A stretch of DNA of 64,000 bases from Glycera tridactyla (GCA_965644265.1 OZ286476.1:34038001-34102000), one strand, 5' to 3'. Numbered from the stretch's first letter, positions 10,950-24,186 are shown. Numbers and translations are program-made. The notes: a model not told the origin generated them from the sequence alone.

Positions 10950-11468
10950 CTGATTCCCTTGACCCTGGCAGCCATCTTGGCGACCATCTTGGATTTCTCG
11001 GAATGTTTCAATAAGACATCCACACCCACACAATCCTGGATCTGGGTACCCTAGGGATGAAGAAAATGCAATAAAATGGTTTCCCCAAAACTTTGAGGGG
11101 TACAGCCCAAAAATGCCATTTGGCTGCCTGACTATGCACCAAACAGTACACAAACAAGCATTCAATCCAAAAGAATGTCCCAAATCGATGGAACAATGCC
11201 AGAAATGGATTTTATGACCCCCAAAACCTGCAAAAAGAGGTATTACACTTCATTCTATGTCACTCCTATCAAAAGTTAGATTTTCAAGATGGCCATCGGC
11301 GGCCATTTTGGATTTATGCAAATTAGCAGAGTTGCTCAAGGTTGTCGTTTTGACAACCAAGCTTAATTTGCTTGGGAACCCCATGGGAGCACAAATCCAT
11401 CAAAAAAATTCAGGGTAGGGAACATTTCTAGGTTGGCTATTGAAAGTATACGACTGACCAAAGGACTA
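10950..11468. repeat. Unassigned dispersed-repeat or DNA-transposon terminal fragments
   Basis: Repeated CCATCTTGG / GGCCATTTTGGATTT motifs and two segments ending in GACTA (near 11134 and 11468). No transposase or TSD seen. Confidence 0.3.
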
Positions 11469-11521
11469 TATGCTATGTCAGGCTCAAATAAAGTTCATTC
11501 ATCCCTATTTGATCTATTTAG

Positions 11522-11647
11522 ATATTCGATCTGGCGCAGAATGAGTTTCGCATCTTACAGGAGTTATCACATGAGCGCATCGTCAGGTACTATCAAGTGA
11601 CGTCTCGACGAATCTTCACATACCTCGTCATGGATTATATCTCTGGG
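11522..11647 (+). CDS. MAP3K (MEKK2/3-like, STE11 family) kinase, exon A: subdomains III-V
   Basis: tttag|ATA...GGG|gtttgt, 126 nt, phase 0-0. IFDLAQNEFRILQELSHERIVRYYQVTSRRIFTYLVMDYISG resembles MEKK2/3 (HERIVQYYG...FMEYMPG). Too short for the ORF track. Confidence 0.85.
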
Positions 11648-12097
11648 GTTTGTTCGTTTGTTTGTATGTTTGTAAGTCTGTTTCTCGTTATCTAAGAACC
11701 AAAGGACCAATCATCTCATCGCTCGCATCCATGGGGGTTATCTGTTCAATCTAATTTTTTTCTAATCTTAAAAGTGACAAATTCACTTGTCGTTGACTCG
11801 AGGCCAAGTCATAATGCTTGATCCATTTGGGGCCAATAAATATCAAATGATAGATTGTTCAAGGCTAATGAGATTGTAACACTGTTTTTTTCATCATGGC
11901 TGATATATTTCGTCTTTATTATATGTATAAGTTTTCGTTTGCTCGCTTTATTCTTCCTGAAAAAATTACAGATTGAAAAAGTCATCCGAAAGCGCCAATG
12001 AGAATGAGGTGATTGTTGTATCTTCGATTATGTTCTGTCTTTGCTCGTACATCGAAAATGAATAAATATAGTATTCAATTCGTTTCAATTCAATTCA

Positions 12098-12857
12098 ATT
12101 TGAGAGGAGTGCAATATCATCTGCAGGATCGAGGTCTGATATCCTCTCTGTTCTAATCCTCTTAGGTCTCCTTGGATGACAATGAAGCAAAGGTCGTTAT
12201 GGTCATCGATGGCCTTTCTCAGGGCATACATAATCAAGTTCCATAATGAGCAAGAATATAGCTAAACTTGTGTCTACTTGCAGTACCCCAGCAAGCAGTT
12301 CAAACTCATTTGTCATCCCGTCAGATGTCACTACCCTCGCCTTGGTGCCTGTGAAGGTGGCCTCAAATTGCCTCAGCAGGTTCTATGAAATACAAAACCT
12401 TCAAGATCTTCATCATAATTCCCCTGTATGGAGTCAAATGCTTTCTTGAAATCTATGAAGCTTATAACTGCTAGCAAGTTTTTTTTATTAACTAGTCAAT
12501 GATCCCATGGAGAGCGAAGATCGGTGCTACTGTTGTCCTCTTCTCTCTAAACTCACATTGATTGTGTCTCAGCTTTGGGTCTATGGCCTTCCTGATTCAG
12601 TTATGAATCATAATGTAGAAGGATTTGAAAAGAAAACAGATGAGGCTGATTTTACTGTAATTGATAGCTCTGGTAACTGCTCCTGACTCTGCTACTGGTG
12701 TGATGGTGGAGACTGACCACTGTGATGGTATTTCGCCTGTAATTAGTGCACTGCTACAAATTCTGAGCAGTACGTCGTCAAGGTCACAGTTCTTAAAGAC
12801 CTTTGGGGAAATTCCATCTGGTCCTGCACTTTTGCCTTGCTTGGGAAGCATTTAACT
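12098..12857 (-). mobile_element. Decayed RTE-type LINE reverse transcriptase fragment in a kinase intron
   Basis: Across frames: GKSAGPDGI, IDFKKAFDSI, GVLQVDT (from GVLQGDT) and SDLDPADDIALLSN (from DLDFADDIALLS). Confidence 0.85.
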
Positions 12858-13007
12858 TTCTCCATCCCTGACATGTTAGATGGACAATAATCTCTATGGG
12901 GTATTATTTTGAATGGATCCGCCCTCACAATGAAACCACCATGCACTGAGGTGATTCTTAACATTATGTACATAGTTACCCAACAGACATGTACTTCTCG
13001 TTTCCAG

Positions 13008-13137
13008 CTTTCGCTGAGTGAAAAGGTGAAGACAGAGGGCAAACTGACAGAATCCAAGACGCGTTATTACACCATGCAGATACTAGAAGGACTGAAATAT
13101 CTTCACGACAAGAAGGTCATCCATCGAGATTTGAAAG
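13008..13137 (+). CDS. MAP3K-like kinase exon B (through HRDLK)
   Basis: tttccag|CTT...AAAG|gtaaac, 130 nt, phase 0-1. LSLSEKVKTEGKLTESKTRYYTMQILEGLKYLHDKKVIHRDLK matches MEKK2/3 (GALTESVTRKYTRQILEG...HRDIKG). Confidence 0.93.
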
Positions 13138-14440
13138 GTAAACTCAAAGCAACAGGTACTAGACTATGAGGAAGGGTGTTGTTTGACTGATTGAGTAAGT
13201 CTCGTCATTATGATCATCTATTATCTGTTTCCATCACTTGATATCGGAGGATACAGGTTGCAGTGGGAGAATTGGCTTACAGCCTAATGAATTATTTTTG
13301 CTTCTTTTTCACCAATAGCATGTATAATACCCCATATGCTGTATCACCTCGATAGAATATATTAATATATGTTTGTGAAAAGATATATTGCCTCGAACAC
13401 TAAGGGAGTAAGGCCCGGGACACAGAGCTAGACAGTTATATGACAGTTATATGACAAAAGGACTGACATGTAGCTCCTGTCACTGAATCGGTTTAAACAC
13501 CGTGACAGACAAAGGTGAGACACTGGACAGGGTGCGCCGGAAGATCTCCGATGGAGCGTGAAAACATAAACAAACCGGATTGGGCATCTGTCCTGCCCAG
13601 CAATCTCTCACCGTGAACTATTTAGCATATATCTATACACTGCCTCGCACGCTCATACTATTTGTGCGCAGCTATACATACCCGAGCCACCCAAATCTGT
13701 GTGCTGCGGTTATTAGCACCACAAAAACGAGAGTAGGGAGGATCAGAGTTTAACTGAGGGCTATATTTTCTCAGATTGTCATTCATACGATCAATAAACT
13801 TGTGTTAGATGACATAATTTGTTCTTTTCACATAATTCTGATCAAGTATCATTCAATGTTATCAGTCTTGAGAGTCAGGATTGGTGAAGTTAGTAGGTAG
13901 TTCGAGCAGAGAGGTGGTGGCATAGAGATCTCCAGCCGCTGGCAGAGATCTCAAAAAGACATATGGTGCCCAACACTGACAGAAAAGTATCACGTGCTAT
14001 ACCAGACAGCAAGGCGAAAATACACCTCATGTCTCAATGATATTCACGGAGACACTGAAAAAGTCATGTGGTGCTAGACACCGGCGGACAAGTAGCAGGT
14101 TCTATGTCAGACAGGAAGGCGAAATGACACCTTAAGTCTCAATTTTTTTTCATGAATTTTCACAATTGATTCAGGGCATGGAAATATTCCTATCTATGCA
14201 CGTTGCGGGGGAATCTTGCGATAGCATTATTGGTTCTAACATGTGATAATGAATCAATCAATCCAGGTATGCAACATTTGGACATATACATAGCTTCCAT
14301 TTTAAGAGAGAGTGGATTGCGACCCTGAGCACTGAGGTGGGCATCGGTAGGACTCATACTGACAGGTGATCGTTGAGCATTTTATTCAGAAATACCCCAT
14401 TTGATTGAATATTATTTTGAAACATCCGTTACCCTTGTAG

Positions 14441-14618
14441 GTTCAAATATTCTACTGGATCATCGAGATAACATTAAGTTGGTGGACTTCGGACTCGCTA
14501 AAATGTTGACCCCAGGAGACACGCTGTCAGGTGAAATAAAAGAACAAGTTGGAACGTACAATTACAGTTCACCTGAGATGCTTCGAGAAAAAGGGTATGG
14601 ACGCCGTACTGATATTTG
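14441..14618 (+). CDS. MAP3K-like kinase exon C (DFG to DIW)
   Basis: cttgtag|GT...TG|gtgagt, 178 nt, phase 1-2. (G)SNILLDHRDNIKLVDFGLAK...GTYNYSSPE...RTDI(W). Confidence 0.95.
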
Positions 14619-14816
14619 GTGAGTAATTCGACGGCTTATGTTGCAATATATAGAATGAATCGATGCATTGCAAGGAAGATTCGATACATTGTGATATGCC
14701 ATCTGCGACAGCAACAAGTATTAACAAAACAATACAATAAAAAGTATGACTTTTATATGAAGTGAATCAATTCAATGTTGTTTCTGCTTATCTCTTCTCT
14801 TCTCGTCTGTGCATCT

Positions 14817-14887
<71 letters not shown>
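14817..14887. repeat. (TG)n microsatellite between about 72-bp direct repeats (14656-14727 and 14946-15017)
   Basis: Direct inspection. Both flanking copies share GAATCGATGCATTGC...ATACATTGTGATATGCCATCTGCGACAGCAAC. Confidence 0.95.
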
Positions 14888-14889
<2 letters not shown>

Positions 14890-15893
14890 CGGGAAACGCT
14901 CATTTTAAGATGAATACACACATTGTACACATGTCATCACACAACTGAATCGATGCATTGCGATGAATATTTAATACATTGTGATATGCCATCTGCGACA
15001 GCAACGAGTATTAACGAAAAAATGAAAGAAAATGGGTTGGTTATTGAACTAGGCATGTATGCCGAAAAAAAGATGCCTGGTAACACACATCACCACTGCT
15101 GGTGATTGTGAGAGAAATTAATTCGAATTTCCCGCCATTCAAGTGGGGACCTAATTCATCCAGTCCACCAGCTGCTCATTGTGTATAAGTGGCCAGGATA
15201 GGGATATCTCACTCTCAAAACCGAATCATCAAACATGTGAATTTCACTTATGAATCACTAAATTATACAGTCAAACGCTTTGATGCCTCCCAAGATTAAA
15301 ATGCTCCAATGTATACCCATAATGTGCAATCAAACATCAGTTCAAAATTGAATAAAGTAAGATAAGATGAAAGGTAGAAAGTATTTATATCATTTGCAGT
15401 ATCAGACCTGATAGAGAGTCAACATCAATCATGAACTGGCAAGAAAACTCTTGAAGTAGGAGCCATTTTCATGGAAAGTAGACCTATTAGGAGCTCCTCG
15501 AGTAATCCATTCAAAGCAGACAGGCCTTCACAACAACCCTACCAGATTTCATAGGAATCAAAGCAGGTTATCATCATCAATTGGCTGCTTGAAAAAGGCA
15601 GGCATCCTTAAAAATACGGAGAGGAAAATGTTTGACATATCAAATGTCTTTCTTGAATGCTCAATCAATTTATAGTATTTAGACCGAACTTATTTTTTGA
15701 GTATGAGAAACTTTGCTAACATTTGATAAGGAATTCTGTTCAACCAAACAGACAGAAAAGATAGAGAAAGAAGCTCAAAAATAAGATAGGCTTTCAGTGA
15801 TTAGCTGCAAATATAAGACTGTTATGTGTGATGCATATGGTCAACTTAGGCTATCGCTTGAGTGGCATATGATATATCAATTATCAACGAAAC

Positions 15894-15915
15894 CAAGATG
15901 GCGGACACGTAAACA
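15894..15915 (+). promoter_or_regulatory. YY1-like site (CAAGATGGCGG) followed by a forkhead-like GTAAACA at the 5' end of the decayed LINE
   Basis: Exact sequence about 220 nt upstream of the ORF1 ATG (16118). A YY1 site at the 5' end of human L1 is established; function here is untested. Confidence 0.35.
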
Positions 15916-16117
15916 AGTGAACGACTACAGCTCTCGTATTGTGCCACTTCCTCACCACCCGGAGCAGAGTACGTTGAATTAGAATAGACGTGATTGGGTG
16001 CGATATATTTCGGGATTCGTTCATTGCAAGCAACAGAGACTACTCTCACTGGCTGTAAAGCTGTAAGTGATTTTCTCTCGTCGCGACTTGGTTTAGCGTG
16101 GCGGTTGTTGCCCTGGC

Positions 16118-17839
16118 ATGGCCGAAAACACCGATCGACAATGTCACACACCATCCCAACAACGTAGAAGATATGATGATATTACACCCGATAAAATCAA
16201 CGTCCTAGCTAAGAAAATAGCCAAATCTGATGTGAAAACTCCCCCGACAGATCGAGCTGAGTACTCTGAAGACAAAATGGACTTGATTCAAGAAGAGGGA
16301 AGCTTTACCACGTCGACTCAGGTACTAGATGGAGACACTAAGACTTGTCAGTCAGCCATATTGGAGGGGAATCTATTGAAGTAAATAGTAGTGAAGGTGA
16401 GGGCAATGGTAGCATGCAGGAATCCGAACATACGGGTTCTGAGACAGACGGCAGCGGCTCACATGTTTCGGACACTGAAGTGGAAAGTGTACTAGTAACG
16501 CTTGACGAGAGTGCCGCGCCGAGTTCAATGACCCCTGTCGAAAGTGAAATGCACGAGGGAATAACTCATGCAACTCAGTTTGCTGCTAGTGATATTAAGC
16601 GAGGTCAATCACCTGTCCAAAGCAACACTGACGGAAAAGGTGAAACTCGTGACGGATTATGATATACGAATCAAAAGACTGGAAGACATCTCCGAGGATA
16701 CCGAACGGGAATAAGCTGAACTGAAAGAAGGAAACTCACCTCGCCCTCCTAAAGATGACCAGATCTGAGGGATGAATGATCTGACCAAAGAAGATGTCCT
16801 GGAAGCAATTGGTTACTTGTCTCTTAAAGTTGACGACCACGACACAAGAATTGAGAATACAGAAATAGACGTTGACACGCTTCAGAGAATAGAGCGACTA
16901 GGAGTGGTAATCTTTGAAGAGCTGCCCATGAATAGAGAGAAATTGTTACGTGATCAGGTGGTTCATTTCTTTAACACTGAAACTGAAAGATTCGGTCCGA
17001 GCAGGGAGGACCGCCCCAGATCGGTGAGAGTTCAATTTTGTAATCCCAATCTCAGAAGGAAAGTCCTGAAGCAGAAATCCTGCTTGAGGAAATCGAAATA
17101 TTACATTAGAGAATACCTCACACCATGGGAGAGTTCGCTATTCAACCATGCAAGGTCTGCACAGAAAGAAGGACAAATCTCCCATACATGGACACAAGAC
17201 AGGAAAGTGTGTGTGTCACATGGTAGAGATACTAAGAAATACATACTACATGATCAACAGTCATTAATGGATGCAATTAGGAAAGGGGCCAAATTTCCAT
17301 GGGAGGCAAATAATGATGGGGGTGGCCCTACTATGGCAGGTAGTGTCTAGCCAATGAGTGGTGGACAGGTGGCAGCCAGCCATTCAGCATCTGCATCTAG
17401 GGATACTGGTGCAAGGGTCTATGACTTGCTAGGTGAGGGGTCAGCATCTTCCCTTAGTGCTAGTACAAGAAATCTCAATGGACGAGACAAGTATACCACA
17501 ATCGTTTGAGGATTTCGTTGTGCCACTGAGTTGAAGGGCAAAGATGCGTCTGAAGAACAAAAGAAAGCCCCGGCTGGCAAACCAAATTCCAAAATCGCCA
17601 AGGTTACAGATTCACTAGAACACATTCGTAACGAAATCCATGATCATGAACAGGCCTCTAAAACACTACGCCAGTCAACCCTGCGGTTTGGCAATAATTT
17701 TGAACCAAATACCACTGAATTCCCACAGTTAAATTCTAAGATTGAAATAGAAACCTCTGGAAGGAAAGCTGGATCAAACAGAGCCAAACGCGGTTCGACT
17801 ATCCCGCCTTTTCGAACTGGCCAGGGACGTCAGAGTTGA
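16118..17839 (+). pseudogene. Frameshifted LINE ORF1 (L1-type RRM/CTD)
   Basis: Fragments 16118-16384, 16345-16662, 16772-17350 and 17531-17839. PRSVRVQF...YYIREYLTP...ARSAQKEGQISHTWTQDRKVCV is homologous to the core of the 7903-10818 ORF1. Confidence 0.85.
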
Positions 17840-20800
17840 TGACGCATGCACTCTTGCCATGTTATGAGTGTCGGAACGCTGATTGATTCTTCGTCAGTCT
17901 CTCCCGACTATTTTCGCTAAATATGAAAACTTTCGTGCTCCAAGTAATGGACCGCACCATTCAAGACATCAATCTCGGTTTCCAGAATGAGGTAAACATG
18001 TTTGTTGCATATAACTAAGATGAACTTGTCTACATTAGATGGATTTGTAAGTCGCCTTTCGCAATCACGCAATGGCGTGGCAATGCGCGCACTTGAGCGT
18101 GCCAGATATGACTACATACATTGAACGAGTGCCGGGGCAAAGACATAGATAGGACGAATTTGCCTGTGTTAGCATGAATTGTCTTGCTAACATGCATACA
18201 TGAACGTGCTCATATGATCACCAATATCATGAGAGTATCAGGGCAAAGATATGCCCATGATATCAAGTTGACTATTCAGTTATTGTGCCTTAAAATATCT
18301 GACAACTATCCAAGTTTGTAATGCAATACATAATATCATAAATCCGATTTCAGTTCATGTCACACTACATGTAACAATTAGCTATATATTCGTCAAGTCT
18401 ATCATATACTTGGCATGTACTTGGTGTAGCGATAAAACAAACCTAGGCAGGGCTATATCATTTCAATCTGTTACAGACGAATCCTGCTATTGCTGGAGAG
18501 GGGGCCGGGGCTAGAGTTGACTGTAGTTGTGGAACCTGCCCTGTTTTCAGGAGGCGCCATTCAATTGAACAGCTTGGAGCACGAGATGTACTTTGTTTGG
18601 GAAGTAGTCACATTTGACGACTAGGCAGATACAATGATGAACTCTCAGAAAATGACAACATAAAAAATCTGATGTCAACTTGGGTCTTCAAAGGGGATAA
18701 GTGGTGGCAAGTGGGCCACCACTTGGTTCGGACGACATGGATACCTTTCCAAAAAGGTGAAGATTCGTACATGTTCCATCAGAGATCCCAGACCAAGAAA
18801 TAGGGGGATAGTTCATCTTTGCAATCAGGAATCCTTTTCTCTAGGTAAAGTACGAAGGATTGAACGTCAAGGCAGGTCTGGTGGCGGTTGTCAGAGTTTA
18901 TCCCCAACATAATTTTTTACCTGCAATCGTGTATGGTGGACCGCTCAGCTGTCAAAACAACAACAGTTGACAACATGGGTTCAACATGAAACACAAGCAG
19001 AGTAGTATAGTTGCTGGCAATAAAACCTGAATAAATCATGTGTAGTTCTCACCTATAGCAGTTGTCCTAGAAGTGGTACATGAGGGAAATGCCATGCAAT
19101 GAGAAAATTGAGGTCCTAGAAGTATAAATTGGAACCATAAGTATGAATTGTAAGACAGAAGGTGAACGTCCAGTACTTGGACCATATGAGAAAAGCATTT
19201 TGGAGATGAAATTTACATCGACCGTGGAAATGGCTCTCACTAACAGTGGTAGTCCTATCTCCACAACTGTGTGTTTGTTTGAAATGGTTCCAATTGAAAA
19301 TTGATGCATTTGGAAATACCAATGTTATCAAAATCTGATGTAGAGGACAACTGCCACCAATATGATCCAATACGACTATTTAACAGAACCATTTTGGTCC
19401 TGTTAATCTCTTTTGACCGTGAGGATATCTCAAGGGAAGTTCTTCCATTGTTGTATCCATACTATACATTTTAGATTCACACTTCTGCCATTCTTATCAA
19501 ATAGTAGGCTGTAAAATGGGATTCATATGTATACTGCTACAATCATTGTGGTGATTCTCTGAAATTTGGGATGATAATACTTATCTATTTAGGATTGGAA
19601 AGATTGAGATGAGGTGAATTAAGTACATACTCAAAGTGCAAAAGAGACTGATCTCTCTTCCATCCTTATCTACCCTCCTCAGTTGTTATGCTGGAGCATA
19701 GTGGCTGGAGTACATGAGAAAGAGGATGATTGTTCAAGCTATACCTCTCCAATGATAGGTATTGTCATTCCTGATATTATCATTGGAACAGTTGTCAAGT
19801 TTTCATACGACCCATGTATCACTTTACTTCATTTTGGAAGAAAATTATTGAGTGAGAGTTCGTTGACTTTGGGATGTCATTAATTTAATTTTTTTTTTTT
19901 TTTCAGTTTTGATCTTAATTTCATGTCCCAATGAATGTTAATTGTCAACCTATCCATATACATAAGCACATGTTCTGTAATCCCAGTCTTTGATTCTTGA
20001 GTTCTAGATACCGTATTTTAATTCTAGTTGTGTGAGTCCGATAAATACAATAAAGTAATGGATTTCAGGATGACATTATCTCTATCTTCATTTACATTTT
20101 TATCTTGATCTCAGATCCCGATGAATGGATATTAGTTGTCGACTACACATAAACATGAACACATGTTTTGTAATCCCAGTCTTGCATTGTGAGTTCTAGA
20201 TACCGTACCTACCGTGTTTCAGGTAGAGTCCATTGTGAAATATTTTTGAGATCTGGTGGCTCTCGACCCACACTTGCGGTATCATCACTGAGATCGAGAG
20301 TTATGAAAAGATTGATAGCATGTTGCAGGTATCTGTCCAACCTTTCTCCCTTTCTCAATATCAACGTGAAAAACTTTGTTTTAACTTGACACTGGGGCAA
20401 GGCAGTTTCAGCAAGAGCTCTGATTCTGAAAAGCTCTCCTGGAAAAAAAGGGACCTGATCACTCAGCATAATGTGTTGACGGTGAGACTGTGAGATGTAC
20501 ATTGAAAGAGCTGGATTCTATGGAGTTATAGTTATAATGATGTCTGTTCATTCATGTTATCTTTCAAAATGGTAGTGGTCAATCTGACCCCCACACTACA
20601 TATACGTTTGATAATTGATGAGTTCTTGATTTCAAGAAACATATCCTATTTTGAATATATTTGGAAGATGCTTCATAGCATTAAGTTTGGTAGTCAATGA
20701 TAGACATTTTTGATCAACCAAAAATTATCTTTAACCCATATTCCAATGGGCCACTGGTAACACGGGGATGTTTTTATCAGCTCTGGTTTCAAATATCTCC

Positions 20801-21359
20801 TGGTACAATTGATAAATCCTAAAAGCATTATCTGGATGTCGAATGATACAACTGTGTTGATAAACTGACCATATAACCATGGGAAATTCTCCCAAGAAAA
20901 TTGTGTCTGGTGTCAGATCTTGTATGGTCAGTCATCGGTTGTCTGAAATCTTACACCTTCGGATTTTACCTGTAGCGGACAGTTCTGAATTGCCCATCAG
21001 TGGTTTCTGGACTCAGTATGTGGACTCCCGATAAAATATCTCTCGCTGATTTTGGAATATGATTTGTTATGTACTCCATTTGATGAGGAAGTGACAAGCA
21101 CAAACCATAAGAGAGTTGTTTTAAGTTCACTTAATCACTTCTAACCTTATTAATTTTTCTTTGTCTGGACCACAGACTAATTTGTGTCTATCATCTCGAA
21201 TTGATGCTGAGCAACGTAGCAAAATTTGTATTTCTAATCATACCAAAGTTATTCAACCACCAGCAACATACCCACCTCCATCAGTTCATCTTCTGGCTCA
21301 TCATATCGTAAAATACTAGTCAGCTGGAAACAATACATGATCTAGACAAGTTTAAAGGT

Positions 21360-24186
21360 GTGAAAATTAGATTTTTAAATATACGGAGTACTATTTCAAA
21401 GGTTGATGATATCAGACTACTATTATCAGAAAGTCGAATTGACATCTTGATACTTGCTGAAACATTTTTACCTGCCACACATGACAACGGCAGAGTGGCA
21501 ATCCCTGGCTATTATATCATTCGTTCAGACAGAACCCCAAGAAAAACAGTGGTAACCGATCAGGAGGTGGTGTGCTAGTATATGTGAGGATGGACCGGTG
21601 TGTGGAACAGATTGTATCTAAAACATTATGTTCACCAGACATTGAGAGATTGTGGTTGAAATTTGCACTTCTGTGTACTTGGCCGACTTATATTTGTGCA
21701 ACATATAGACTGTCGCATGAAAAACTAGGATGTATTGATTGATTGGCTGGACGAATCAATAATAGATTCAAATGATGAATGTTTGTGTAACATCAGAGTG
21801 GCTGGAGGTGTTAACATTGATTTCAATAAAGAAGCTCATGATAGTAATTACAGAAAACTATTGAAAAGTAATAATATGGTAGAGTTAATCGATAGATACA
21901 CCAAGGTCACTACCGAATCATGTACTACCACTGATCACATGTTGGTGAACAGATCTGAGGTTTATAATCAGCATGGGGTGTTAGAGATGGGACTATCTGA
22001 CCACAGTATGGTTGTTGTTGCCAGAAAAAAACTTCGCCAACTTAAGACTTCCACATTTGTACACTTCTAAGATTATGCAAAGATAAATTATAATGATATT
22101 AGAAATGATATACTTGATTTCGATTCTGGATTCTATAACACTTCCGATGCTGACAACTCTGCAGATGTGCTTCATCAGATTCTGGGTGATATCATAGACA
22201 AACATGTTCCCATGAAGAGACACCGTGTAACTTTTAATTGGCCCAAATGGTTGAATGGGGAATATTTGGATTTGATCCGAGATCGAAAAAAGGCAAATGC
22301 TTTGTTCGAAATTGACAATAGCACACAAAATAAAGAAATTAAAGTAGAGCTTCAAAAGAGATGTAGAAATCTAAAGAAAAAACTTCAGAGACAATATATC
22401 GATAATACATTATTGGAGCATCAGGAAAATAGTAAAAAAACTATGAGAAACCATAAATGAATTTCGGAGTCGCATGAAATCAGCAGGAGAGATCCTAAAA
22501 ATGGGAAATTCTGATGATCCCAACATAATTGCCAACAAATTGAATGATTTCTTCAGCTCTTTTGGAGAAAATCTGAGCAACAATATTCAACCGGTTGCGG
22601 GTGATCCTCTGGACGAGTTTCCCGAGAATATTGAAATGAAACTATCTCTTGCAAGTGTGTCAGTAGATGAAATTACTAAGATTATCAAAAATCTATCTGC
22701 CAATAAGGCTGAGGAAGAGGATAGCATCCCGATCAAAATTATTAAGGAATGTCAAGATATACTTGCACCACTATTTGCACATCTGTTCAACGTCAGCTTG
22801 GAATCTGGAAATTTTCCGGTAATATGGAAATCTGCCGTGATTGTACCTCTATGTAAAGAAGGTAAAAGAGATATGGAAAATAACTACAGACCAATAAGTT
22901 TATTGGATCCTATCAGTAAAATCTTTGAAAAACTTGTCCATTCGCAGGTATCATCATACTTTGAGACTCATGGTCTGCTGTGTTTGGAGCAGTCTGGATT
23001 CAGGGGAGGCTGCTCCACTGGTACATGTCTTTTGGAGTTTCTCGATAAAATCCACTTGAATTTTGAAAGTGGCGCAACCAGTGGGGTGCTTTTCCTGGAT
23101 CTGAAGGAGGCTTTCGACACGGTGGATCATGGGGTCTCATCAAATAAACTAAATAGATACGGAGTGGATGACATATGTGTGAATTGGTTCCGTACCTATT
23201 TGACAGACTGTGCAAATTGGGTAATTTCATCAGACAGAAGGGTGAACTGTGGGTCCCACAGGGGTTCATACTGGGTCCCCTCTTGTTCACTATTTATGTT
23301 ATTGATATGCCATCTGTAATGAGGGGGCCCAGTATGAACCTATATTTTGATGACAGCGCCATTTTAGTTTCTGACAAATCACCCATTATTTTAAAAGAAA
23401 AACTTGAGCATGCACTTTCTATAACTAGCATTTGGCTTTGTCGTAATAAGTTGATTCTGGATGTTAAGAAGACTCAAATTATGATTTTTGGCACTAGACA
23501 GCAGATCAAGAGATGTGACTTTCACATACATTTTGAAAACCAGATAATGCTTCAAGTATCTCAGAATAATTTTAGATGGCACGCTGAGCTTTACTGTTTA
23601 CGCAGAGTATATTAGAAGCAAGACGATGAGGAGGGTGGGGGTTCTTGGTAGCCTCAGGGGCACACTGAGTAAGGATATGTCCCTGATGCTGTACAGATTC
23701 CTCATCCTTCCAATTTTCAACTACTGTGATATTGTCTACGACAATCCAGGTGTGGCAGATACAACGAAGCTTCAAAGGGTACAGAATAAAGCATTTAGAA
23801 TCATAAGAAGAAGTAATCCATATACAAGTACTGCCGATACTCATGAAAATTTGTAGATGCCATACTTGGATTGTCGTAGAGAATATCACACTTTGACACA
23901 TGTAAACAGAATATTGGTTGGGGAACAACATACACAGTATTCTCTATTGTGTAGTCTTTTAGTACCTACCCACCAGCACAAAACCAGATCTTATTACAAG
24001 CCTTTTTTGCAAACATACCATCCTCGTTTAAAGATTGCCGAGGGCTCTTTCCAATTCAGAGGGGCAAAAGTATGGAACAACTATGCAGCCAAATACCCGG
24101 AATTTCAATACCGATGTCTCAAAGAGTTTCAAAGAGAAACTATCGAATTTTCTACATGTTTAGAAATTACTACAATGTTTTGTTAG
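21360..24186 (+). pseudogene. Decayed LINE ORF2 (APE + RT)
   Basis: Seven ORF fragments carrying FLNIRS, LAETFL, GLSDHS, YRPISLL, QSGFR, FLDLKEAFDTVDH, VPQGFILGPLLF, YFDD and FRGAKVWN; many stops and frameshifts. Confidence 0.95.

Larger units (their letters stand above)
1..10980 (-). mobile_element. Young CR1-group (CR1/L2/Crack-like) non-LTR retrotransposon: ORF1 + SGNH ORF + 3.6-kb spacer + ORF2; 3' end probably at or beyond the window start
   Basis: Three uninterrupted minus-strand ORFs in LINE order (10818-7903, 8189-6975, 3346-464). That all belong to one element is inferred from order, strand and the matching layout of the element at 15890-24300. Neither end nor a TSD could be fixed. 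Confidence 0.7.
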
